Source: Macrostomum lignano (taxonomy: Eukaryota). From it: a stretch of 64,000 nucleotides of DNA. The number at the start of each line of letters is the position of its first letter. The first letter of the stretch is position 1. A model generated the notes under the pieces. The model saw only the letters and a program-made list of their open reading frames with translations. It ran no database searches and had not been told where the DNA came from. The translations under genes and the position numbers were made by a program. The stretch covers positions 62,001-126,000 of the forward strand of contig NIVC01002718.1 in NCBI GenBank assembly GCA_002269645.1, in the 5' to 3' direction. Below, piece after piece: positions 22,019 through 32,900 of this stretch.

Positions 22019-22650
22019 CTGATAGCATTCATCAGCAAATATTCAGGGGTGAAGCATATGATTTTATTTCAATTTTATTTATTTATCTTTTATCTGAAAT
22101 GCATACTGTTATTCACAGTGTATTTTTCCCGGTGTATGGCGTTATTTAAATTCATATTGATGTATTTATAAAATTGTATTGTTGAAAGTAAAAGTGCTGT
22201 CTTTGAGTTTTTTCAGCTAGTACCTGTATAAATAATTTGAATATGCTTCACTTACTACTGCTACAGTCATTCCAATCTGATGCCAAGTCAATCTGACATT
22301 ATCACCTCATTTTTTGTTTCTTTATATACAATAAAAATATAATTATTGAGCTTAGCGAGTTTTATATTTAAGTTAAAAAGTTGCAACTTCAACTAATTTG
22401 GTGTAAGAGAAAGCATTGCTTGAAAATTGAATCTGCTTCTGCTTTTAGCTTCAAATTAAAGTTTGTGTGCCATCTAAAACGGTTCAATTTGCTTAAGCAT
22501 TTTTAAAATTTCCTCTGCTGACTTGACTGTCTTTAACTGTTTAAAATTGTAAATCTTGTTCTCCAGGTTTCGAATGTTTAATTTGTATTTTTTAAGGTTT
22601 CATATCTCCTAAATTTAGTACTTACCCACTGAGGAATCTAGGAGGCCAGG

Positions 22651-22713
22651 GTCTGTCTGTCTGTCCGTCTGTCTGGCTGGGTGCCTGTCCGTCTGTCTGT
22701 CTGTCTGTCTGTG

Positions 22714-22777
<64 letters not shown>

Positions 22778-22803
22778 CGTCCGTCCGTCTGTCTGTCTGT
22801 CTA

Positions 22804-22854
<51 letters not shown>

Positions 22855-22860
22855 ATGTAT
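22651..22860. repeat. Interrupted (CTGT)n microsatellite
   Basis: Directly visible. Confidence 0.9.
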
Positions 22861-22883
22861 GTATCTGAGACTATCAGTTATGC

Positions 22884-23921
22884 CAGGGGGATCAGGGAGG
22901 CCAGAGGGGGTCAGAGAGGCCAGAGGGATCAGAGAGGCCAGGGGGATCAGGGAGGCCAGAGGGGGTCAGAGAGGCCAGAGGGATCAGAGAGGCCAGGGGA
23001 GATCAGGGAGGCCAGGGGGATCAGGGAGGCCAGGAGGATCAAGGAGGCCAGGGGGATCAGGGAGGCCAGAGGGGGTCAGAGAGGCCAGGAGGATCAGGAA
23101 GGCCAGGGGGGTCAGGGAGGCCAGGAGGATCAGGAAGGCCAGGGGGGATCAGGGAGGCCAGAGGGGGTCAGAGAGGCCAGGGGGGATCAGGGAGGCCAGG
23201 AGGATCAGGGAGGCCAGAGGGATCAGAGAGGCCAGAGAGGATCAGAGAGGCCAGAGAGGATCAGAGAGGCCAGGGCGATCAGGGAGGCCAGGGCGATCAG
23301 GGAGGCCAGGGGGATCAGGGAGGCCAGAGGGATCAGAGAGGCCAGGGCGATCAGGGAGGCCAGGAGGATCAGGAAGGCCAGGGGGATCAGGGAGGCCAGA
23401 GGGGGTCAGAGAGGCCAGGGGGATCAGGGAGGCCAGGAGGATCAGGAAGGCCAGGGGGGATCAGGGAGGCCAGAGGGGGTCAGAGAGGCCAGGAGGATCA
23501 GGGAGGCCAGAGGGATCAGAGAGGCCAGAGAGGATCAGAGAGGCCAGGGCGATCAGGGAGGCCAGGGCGATCAGGGAGGCCAGGGGGATCAGGGAGGCCA
23601 GAGGGATCAGGGAGGCCAGGGGGATCAGGGAGGCCAGAGGGATCAGGGAGGCCAGGGGGATCAGGGAGGCCAGAGGGATCAGAGAGGCCAGGAGGATCAG
23701 GGAGGCCAGAGGGATCAGAGAGGCCAGAGAGGATCAGAGAGGCCAGGGCGATCAGGGAGGCCAGGGCGATCAGGGAGGCCAGGGGGATCAGGGAGGCCAG
23801 AGGGATCAGGGAGGCCAGGGGGATCAGGGAGGCCAGAGGGGGGTTCAGAGAGGCCAGAGAGGATCAGGGAGGATCAGGGAGGCCAGGGGGATCAGGGAGG
23901 CCAGGAGGATCAGAGAGGCCA
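22884..23921. repeat. Purine-rich array of 9-bp subunits (GGGATCAGG / GAGGCCAGA variants)
   Basis: Directly visible. Confidence 0.92.
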
Positions 23922-23980
23922 GAAGTGGCACATTCACAGTTCAGGCTCCAGTTTCCAGCAGCGCCTCATCCCCGCCATTC

Positions 23981-25156
23981 ATGCCAGTCTCCACGTCGCC
24001 AAGCCCAACCAGCCCCGCCGGCGAGCATCAGCTGAGGCCGCGCCAGCGCCGCCAAGCCGCAGCGGCCTCTGGTGCAGCTACAGCCTCCGAGCCGGCGGTA
24101 CGCGAGGACAGCGAGCAGAACAGCGGCGCCGAGGAGGACGGCGGCGGCGGCGAGCTGATGGACGAGGTTGTCAGCGACGCCAGCGCGCAGGACGAAGACG
24201 TCAGCGACGAAGAGGAGGAGGGCGAGCTGGTGGTGGACGCCGAGGCCGCCGCCTACGGAGAAGACGAGGATGGGGAAGAGAGCGGCGGCGGCGGGGAGGA
24301 GGGAGATGAGGAGGAGGACGGCAGTTCGAACGAGGCCGGGAACGGCCTGGGCGGGGGGGCTGATGGCGAAGACGAAGATGAAATCGAAGATGCTGAGGAT
24401 GAGGAAGAGGAGGATGAGGAAGCAGCAGACGAAGCCGGTCAGCGTCGCCAAGGCGCAGCCGCCCCGTCGTCGCCCTTGACAACGCCGGCAGCATCTGGCG
24501 GCGGCGTTGCCTGGCGTCGGGAGCCGCGCGTGGGCGCCGAATTCCAGGCTGCCGATTTGCCAGCGCCGAGCGCCAGGCAGGCCGCGGAGCCGCAGCCGGT
24601 GGACAGCCGTGCCGTCCTCCTGTGGGACCCCGGCCGCCTGCCAGAACCCGACGTTGTTGATTACCTTCGCCGAGCGCAGCCGGGCGTCAGCTTCCCGGCC
24701 GGCCGGGCCATCCCGGACAGCGAGCGCTGGCTGTTCGAGCTGCAGGCCTGCGGCTACTCGGCCACCGAGGCCCTCATGCGGGCCCGCGTCCGGCCGGACC
24801 TGCCGTGCCCGGACGTGCTGGCCATGTGGCCATCGGACGATGTTGATGCGTTCGAGAACGGCCTGCTGCACTACGGCAAGAATTTCTGGCTGGTGCAGTC
24901 GGAGCGGCTGCGCTGCCGGCCGGTTGGCCAGCTGGTGCATTTCTACTACCTGTGGAAGAAAACCGCCAGGCACGACGCTTTTGCCAGCCGTTTCCGGAGC
25001 CTCTGCCGGGCGGGCGGCGGCGGCGGTCACGGACAGCAGCAGCGGCAGCAGGCCACGGCGGCTGCTGCAGCGGCAACATCAGCTCCCAGGCCGCATTCTC
25101 TTCTAGCTTCCTCACCGCCGCATCACCTGACCCAGCAGTACGCGGCCCGCAATTAG
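23981..25156 (+). CDS. MIER1: MIER-family ELM2-SANT chromatin co-repressor, about 391 aa from ATG 23981 (upstream exons possible)
   Basis: Acidic N-terminus, ELM2 (WRREPRVGAEFQA...LLWDPGRLPE...DSERWLFELQACGY) and SANT (WPSDDVDAFENGLLHYGKNFWLVQ...VHFYYLWKKT) match the MIER1 layout. Confidence 0.88.
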   Translation: MPVSTSPSPTSPAGEHQLRPRQRRQAAAASGAATASEPAVREDSEQNSGAEEDGGGGELMDEVVSDASAQDEDVSDEEEEGELVVDAEAAAYGEDEDGEESGGGGEEGDEEEDGSSNEAGNGLGGGADGEDEDEIEDAEDEEEEDEEAADEAGQRRQGAAAPSSPLTTPAASGGGVAWRREPRVGAEFQAADLPAPSARQAAEPQPVDSRAVLLWDPGRLPEPDVVDYLRRAQPGVSFPAGRAIPDSERWLFELQACGYSATEALMRARVRPDLPCPDVLAMWPSDDVDAFENGLLHYGKNFWLVQSERLRCRPVGQLVHFYYLWKKTARHDAFASRFRSLCRAGGGGGHGQQQRQQATAAAAAATSAPRPHSLLASSPPHHLTQQYAARN

Positions 25157-25212
25157 TTGTCCTGTGATCTGTACTTTTTTTGTTGCTGAGTGTACAGTGA
25201 GATGCCTTCACG

Positions 25213-25690
25213 CTGTCCCACACCCCACCCACACCTGATCCTTCAGGCTGTCCCTCACCCCACCCACACCTGATCCTTCAGGCTGTCCCTCACCCCACCC
25301 ACACCTGATCCTTCAGGCTGTCCCACACCCCACTCACACCTGATCCTTCAGGCTGTCCCACATCCCACCCACACCTGATCCTTCAGGCTGTCCCACACCT
25401 GATCCTTCAGGCTGTCCCTCACCCCACCCACACCTGATCCTTCAGGCTGTCCCACACCCCACCCACACCTGATCCTTCAGGCTGTCCCTCACCCCACCCA
25501 CACCTGATCTTTCAGGCTGTCCCTCACCCCACCCACACCTGATCCTTCAGGCTGTCCCACACCCCACCTACACCTGATCCTTCAGGCTGTCCCTCACCCC
25601 ACCCACACCTGATCCTTCAGGCTGTCCCACACCTGATTCGCCGATCCTTCAGGCTGTCCCACAGCTGATTCGCCGATCCTTCAGTCTGTC
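25213..25690. repeat. 35-bp minisatellite CACACCTGATCCTTCAGGCTGTCCCTCACCCCACC
   Basis: 35-bp period (25231, 25266). Confidence 0.9.
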
Positions 25691-26925
25691 AAGAACTCTT
25701 TAACCAGAGATCTTTGACTTTACCTTTACTTCTTTTTTAATAGTTTTAATTTTTAAGTTTCAAGCCGCGTTTTGCCATGGTTACAGAATTGTTTTGATCG
25801 GCAAGGCTACATGTTCGGCATTGCTTATGTCCGTTGTTAAAAATTCATGCCCGCATTATGCTACTAACGCAAGTATAAATAGCAAATTTCGTCTGCATGT
25901 ATAAAGTAGATAATATTACCTGACTGTCCTGACACTGAGTTTGTTTTAATCGTTTATCAATTTGTTAATGAAATTTTGCTTTTCATCTTTGTATCAAAAA
26001 TCATTTGAAAATACACACCCTGTGTTTGAGATTAAAGTGTCTGTAACTGTGCCGAAAATCTACGACAACTTTTATTGGTGTTGTGGTTTTGCTAGTTTAT
26101 TTCGACTTGCGTCACTGGGCTTAGCTGCTACGGGTATTGAAAAGCACAGCAATATGAGATGCACTTTAGGCGAGAGAAGGGAATATTCAAAAATAAAACT
26201 ATCAAACACAGAAAATTGAAGCTCGAAAACTGATTGAAGCAGATGCAGTCTGTTCTAGTAAAGGGAGAGACGAGCAACTTCTTTGCCTCGAGTTGTCTGT
26301 CTGTGCGAGTTAGTGGGCTGGCTACACAGCTGCATAGAGATTGGAATGTTCTGGTATCAAGGGCTTCTATTATAGACCTTGTTAGCAACACAGATACTAA
26401 AATAACCAGATGGGCCACTCAGGCATACTTAGTAAAACAGCTTTCTACTTTAAGTTCAGTAGCAAAGAAGAATACATAAGCTATTTTATAAAAATAAACG
26501 CGGCTGAAATGACTTTGATAAGTTAAGCAACCCAAGCTTGCAGGCGTAAACAGCTTGCTAATTAGTTCAGCAATAATGTACATTGGCCGCCGAAATGTAC
26601 ATGGCAGATTTTAGACTGGAACAGCTAGCTAAACTAGTCGGTTCGGTGTGGAGTTCGAGGATTTAAGCTTGGGGAGCCAATAAATAAGCCTAATTGTCTT
26701 AAAAATACATTAAAATGCTTCTGTTTAACTTACTACTGAACTGAAAGTAGCTCGCACGCTAATTTGCTAAGTGGCCCATCTAGTTATTCTAGTATCTGTG
26801 GTTAGCAATTGTCTTATAGAAGCTTAAACTACAGATGTACTTTACTTAATCCAGGTAAAATTCTGGGGCAGCAGACATGCGCAGGCACTTGATTCATTTG
26901 AATTGGCGCCCGGTGCGCCTGTCTC

Positions 26926-29900
26926 TCAGCAGTTGTATTCGCAGAGGAACTCCTGGCAGAAGGCGTACACCAGGAATGCTACGTAGGTGCAGAAGAATGA
27001 GACACCGATTATCTTGCCCAGTCGGAACTTGGCAATGCTGATCACGGTGAACGCGAGCACGAGCAGGATGATCAGGATCACGCCGAACTTCACATGCGGA
27101 ATGAAGTTCATGTGACCTTCGCAGTAGCTTCTCTGCAATTCGGGCGATTTGGGGAAGTTTGGCCTCTGCTAAGCTCTTTTCGGTGTCTCGTATCCTAGCT
27201 CTCGTGTTTCCTTTCCGGTGCTATCCTCCCGGTGCTTCCTTTCCGGTGTTATACTCCCGGTGTTTCCTTTCCGGTGTTATACTCCCGGTGTTTCCTTTCC
27301 GGTGTTATCCTCCCGGTGTTTTCTTTCCGGTGTTATCCTCCCGGTGTTTCCTTTCCGGTGTTTCCTTTCCGGTGTTATCCTCCCGGTGTTTCCTTTCCGG
27401 TGTTTCCTTTCCGGTGTTATCACTCCGGTGTTTTATTCGGGTGTTATCCTCCCGGTGTTTCCTTTCCATTTCTCTCCTCCCGGTTTATCCTTTCTGGTGT
27501 TATCCTCCCACGGTGTTTCCTTTCCGGTGTAATTCAGGTATTTATTTTTCTGGTGTTACCCCCTAGCATATTTTCTAAGCTTTTTTACTGATATTTTCTT
27601 CTTGGTGTTTTCCGTCTATCCGTCCGGAAAATATGTTTTTTGGCGTTTTCCTCCCTCTGTCTAGATCTTAAGTTTCCTAATTTTCCTCCATACTTTATCC
27701 TTCCCTGTGCTTCCCTTCCGGAGTTTTTTCTCTCGCTGTTTTAATTCCGGTGCTCTCCTACCCACTTAAGAGTCAAATTTCGCTCACCCTCTCGTCATCG
27801 CTGAACATGTCCAGCGGCTCAATTTTGTTGATGCACAGCCGGATAAAGAAGGGCAGGCCGAGGCCCATGTTGATGTCGAAAACGTTGGACCCGATAGCGT
27901 TCGACACGGCCATGTCGCCGAATCCGTCTCGGGCCACGATGATGGAGCTGAGCAGGTCCTGGGAGAGGAACGGGGTAGATCCGCTTCCTGCTTGCTATTG
28001 TATACACCTTCACTCCACTCCGTCACTCTGGACTACTGTCACTCTATCCTGTCACTCTCGACTAACTGTCACTACCTCCCGTCACTCTGGACTACTGTCA
28101 CTCTATCCTGTCACTCTGGACTAACTGTCACTACCTCCCGTCACTCTGGACTGCTGTCACTCTATCCTGTCACTCTGGACTAACTGTCACTACCTCCCGT
28201 CACTCTGGACTACTGTCACTCTATCCTGTCACTCTGGACTAACTGTCACTACCTCCCGTCACTCTGGACTACTGTTACTCTATCCTGTCACTCTGGACTA
28301 ACTGTCACTACCTCCCGTCACTCTGGACTGCTGTCACTCTATCCTGTCACTCTGGACTAACTGTCACTACCTCCCGTCACTCTGGACTGCTGTCACTCTA
28401 TCCTGTCACTCTGGACTAACTGTCACTACCTCCCGTCACTCTGGACTGCTGTCACTTTATCCTGTCACTCTGGACTAACTGTCACTCCACCCCGTCAATC
28501 TGGACTGCTGTCACTCCACCCCGTCACTCTGGACTACTGTCACTCCACCCCGTCACTCTGGACTGCTGTCACTCTATCCTGTCACTCTGGACTACTGTCA
28601 CTCCACCCCGTCACTCTGGACTACTGTCACTCTATCCTGTCACTCTGGACTACTGTCACTCTATCCTGTCACTCTGGACTACTTTAACTACCTCCCGTCA
28701 CTCTGGACTGCTGTCACTCTATCCTGTCACTCTGGACTAACTGTCACTCCACCCCGTCCCTCTTGACTATCCCGTCACTCTACATAATCACTCCACCCTG
28801 TCACTCCGCGCAACCCCGTAACTCACCGGAACGCTGGTTCCCGCTGCCAGCACAACCAACGACATCACGAAAGTGTCGACGCCCAGCAGGCAGCCCAAGC
28901 GAGCAACCACGGTGACCATGCCAAAGGAAAGCGCGGCGATCCACAGCACAGAGATCAAGAAGCTGACTATGAAGAATTTCCTGTCAGGACATGGATTCAA
29001 ATCTTGTAAAAATCGAATTGAAATTTGGTCACAGAAAAGCATGTTGGTGAAATTCTGGTCAGAGATAGTCGGGGGCATCAAACTGATAAAAACTGGTTGC
29101 CAAGGATGCTAAAATAGTTGCCGGGGGGGGGGGAAACAGGCTGTCCAGTTCGCTAAACTGGTTGCCTGCAACATGAGGTCGCTAGATTTGCTTGACTGGT
29201 TTCCAGGGTCCCTAAACTGGTTGCTAGGGCTCTCAAACTTGGTGTCAGAAACGCTACAGCCCTGAGTGCCAGTGCGGGCGGGGCGGCTCACTTGAGGTGC
29301 TCCTTGGAACACTCGGGAACAGTCCAGCTGAAGAGGCACAGGAACGGGAACGCCAGCACAAAGACGATCCACTTCAGCACGTAGATGGCCCACTTGGCAG
29401 CCGTCATTGTCTCCGATTTCTTCGGCGGGGCGCCCCGGATGTCCGGGCAGCAGGCGCAGCAGGCGCAGCACGGAATCCTCGCGTCGTCGTCATCATCATC
29501 GTCGTTCTCGCCTTCGCCTTCTCCATTGCCGTCGGCATCGTCGTCTTCGCTGGTTTGCTGGCTGCCTGGCTTTTTCTTCTTCTTCGTGTTGTCGTTTCCA
29601 TTGGCAACGGCCCAGTCACCTCCGTTGCTGTTGGCGCCTGTGGAGTCTTCTTCTTTTAGCGTGGCCTGAAAGGTTCATAGTGAAAGCCAGTGTACAGTGC
29701 TGGCAGTGTGGGGGTGCACTTCTGGTCCGTACAGTCTTCATTGTTGGTGAAGTGTCTGTTTGGTGAAGTGTCAGGTTGGTGAAGTGTCTGGTTGGTGAAG
29801 TGTCTGGTTGGTGAAGTGTCTAGTTGGTGAAGTGTCTAGTTGGTGAAGTGTCTGTTTGGTGAAGTGTCTGTTTGGTGAAGTGTCTGTTTGGTGAAGTGTC

Positions 29901-32900
29901 TGGTTGGTGAAGTGTCTGGTTGGTGAAGTGTCTGGTTGGTGAAGTGTCTGTTTGGTGAAGTGTCTGATTGGTGAAGTGTCAGGTTGGTGAAGTGTCTGGT
30001 TGGTGAAGTGTCTGGTTGGTGAAGTGTCTAGTTGGTGAAGTGTCTGGTTGGTGAAGTGTCTGGTTGGTGAAGTGTCTAGTTGGTGAAGTGTCTAGTTGGT
30101 GAAGTGTCTGGTTGGTGAAGTGTCTGGTTGGTGAAGTGTCTGGTTGGTGAAGTGTCTGGTTGGTGAAGTGTCTGGTTGGTGAAGTGTCTGGTTGGTGAAG
30201 TGTCGGTTTGTGAAGTTTGCGTTAAACCTCTGCTTAACTTGCATGGCAACCCCAGGTAAAGATTGCACAGAGTTAGAAGCGCACTTATTACAATTAGTTT
30301 GGCAAGCCAGACATGAAATTAAGCAATTAGCATTTTGCTAAAATTGGCAACCTCCACTGGTCGCTTGCTGAGACGGCGCTGCTGTTGCTGCTGCAGTTGC
30401 GGCTGCTGCAGGTGGATCGGCGGCAGGGTGCTCAGCGGCAGTTGCTGCTGTTGCTGCAAGGTCGCCAGCATGGTGGACTCAGCGCTCAGCGGCGGCAGCG
30501 AGTGCCGACTCACCAGAGCTGGGCGATGCCTGCCGCCGGGTTCAGCAGCAGCGGGCGCCTCATCCTCGGCCTCGCCGCTTGGCAGCCCCTTCCGCCGCGG
30601 CCGCTCCCGCTGGTCGTCCGAAGAGCTGCTGTCGCCGGCAGCAGGCTCGGTCGATTCGGCCGAGGAAGGCCGGCAGGAGCCGCTGCCAACTCCGACGCCG
30701 CTGTCGCGACGAACTGACTGTTTTGAAGCTGCCGCTGCAGCCTGTTAGTTTAAGGAGTTAAAATTCGCTACTCTCTACTAATATGTTAAAGTAAGTAGTA
30801 TATACCGGTGTTATTACTAAAGTTTGCTATTTTAGAGCACGCGATTATTTTAGCAGTGTTAATTATGCTGTCAAGCGAAATTCAGTTTTTGGTTAGCCTC
30901 TCTCGTTGGCTCACTGTGGAACTATCGAAGTCCTGAAAGTTGAATTTGACTTCGTGCGTGCCCAGGTCAACATCTGCTGACTGCTTCTCCTCGGGAATGA
31001 TGCAGGCCTCCGTCTTCAAGTCGTGCTGCAAGACGGGCTTTTGTATTCTGTTTATTGGCTCTTGGGGGCACGATGTACTTTTTCAGGGATGCGAAATCTG
31101 TCGGCTGATGGAAGCAGAGAGATAGCGGGCGGGGTGAGGTGACGGTAGAATGAATGTACAGTGCTAATGTACATTGGGGGGGTAGGAAAACAAGTGAAAG
31201 GGGGCCAATAAACAGCGGAAGGGGTGTCTGCGAGGAGATAACGATGCCTAATGATCCGGAGCAAAGTTATACCGGTGGAGGCTTAACTAGATTGACCTAG
31301 TTAAAGGGCGCAGATTTCGCAGTTTTTTTAGTTCACCGAAGTCACGCGCCACATGAGCGCTATAAAGTGCAGGCGAGAATTAGTGGAAATGAAAATTCAA
31401 TGTAGCTACTCTGTGTGAAAGCAGATACAAATTCTTTGTTCTTATCGTTTTCTAATTAATTTTTTTCTTACAAATACGAGTAGATTATACTAGCAATTCA
31501 TTCTAATCCTTTATCCATGATGCTGGCTAGATTAGCAATCCATTCTAATCCATCATTCATGATGCTGGCTAGATTAGCAATCCATTCTAATCCTTCATCC
31601 ATGATGCAGGATAGATTAGCAATCCATTCTATTCCTTCATCTATGATGCAGGCTAGATTAGCAATCCATTCTAATCCTTCATCCATGATGCAGGCTAGAT
31701 TAGCAATCCATTCTAATCCTTCATCCATGATGCAGGCTAGATTAGCAATCCATTCTATTCCTTCATCCATGATGCAGGCTAGATTAGCAATCCATTCTAA
31801 TCCATCATCCATGATGCAGGCTAGATTAGCAATCCATCATCCATGATGCAGGCTAGATTAGCAATCCATTCTAATCCTTCATCCATGATGCTGGCTAGAT
31901 TAGCAATCCATTCTAATCCTTCATCCATGATGCAGTCTAGATTAGCAATCCATTCTATTCCTTCATCCATGATGCTGGCTAGATTAGCAATCCATTCTAA
32001 TTCTTTATCCATGATTTTGGCTAGATTAGCAATCCATTCTAATCCTTTATCCATGATTTTGGCTAGATTAGCAATCCATTCTAATCCTTTATCCATGATT
32101 TTGGCTAGATTAGCAATCCATTCTATTCCTTCATCCATGATTTTGGCTAGATTAGCAATCCATTCTAATCCTTCATCCATGATTTTGGCTAGATTAGCAA
32201 TCCATTCTAATCCATCATCCATGATGCTGGCTAGATTAGCAATCCATTCTAATCCTTCATCCATGATGCAGGCTAGATTAGCAATCCATTCTAATCCATC
32301 ATCCATGATGCTGGCTAGATTAGCAATCCATTCTAATCCTTCATCCATGATGCAGGCTAGATTAGCAATCCATTCTAATCCATCATCCATGATGCTGGCT
32401 AGATTAGCAATCCATTCTATTCCTTCGCTGAGGTTTCCAAACTCCGGCGCCAATCCCAACGCGAAGACTCGAACCCGGGCCCTCACCGTGGACTGTCCAA
32501 CGCTCTCCCGCCGCTCGGTGCGCAGTCCGGATGGCGAGCTGTGCAGGTTCAGCAGCACGGAGTTCCTGCGGTCGTGCCGGAAGTGCCGCCTCTCCTGGCT
32601 GTGAACGCTGGAGGCTGACATCACGGAGGCCTGCGGGACGGATGGAGCCAGCGGCAACTGAGCGCTACCGTAGCTCTCAGACGTCTCACCTGACTACTGA
32701 TACCAGCCTAAGTCTGTAGTCATCTTGAACACGAGCTGTCTTCCACCCCAGTCTCTCCCGCTGTATCCCGAATCCCACAGTCTGACCCGCCATCTCCTCC
32801 ACTCCAACCTGTAGTCTCACCCGCTGTCTTCCCCTCCCGCCATGTAATTTCACCCGCCGTCTTCCCCTCCCCGCCATGCAGTCTCACCCGCCGTCTTCCC

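Noticed and set aside
20866-22171. Four 360-390-aa ORFs (VDTAEMV, GHCRDGS, SAVSTTI, CPLPSLQ repeats)
   Set aside because: Produced by a stop-free 21-bp minisatellite; no coding evidence.
31498-32604. ORFs with WIANLA / [10 protein letters not shown] repeats
   Set aside because: Translations of the intronic 42-bp minisatellite; only 32487-32657 is a real exon.
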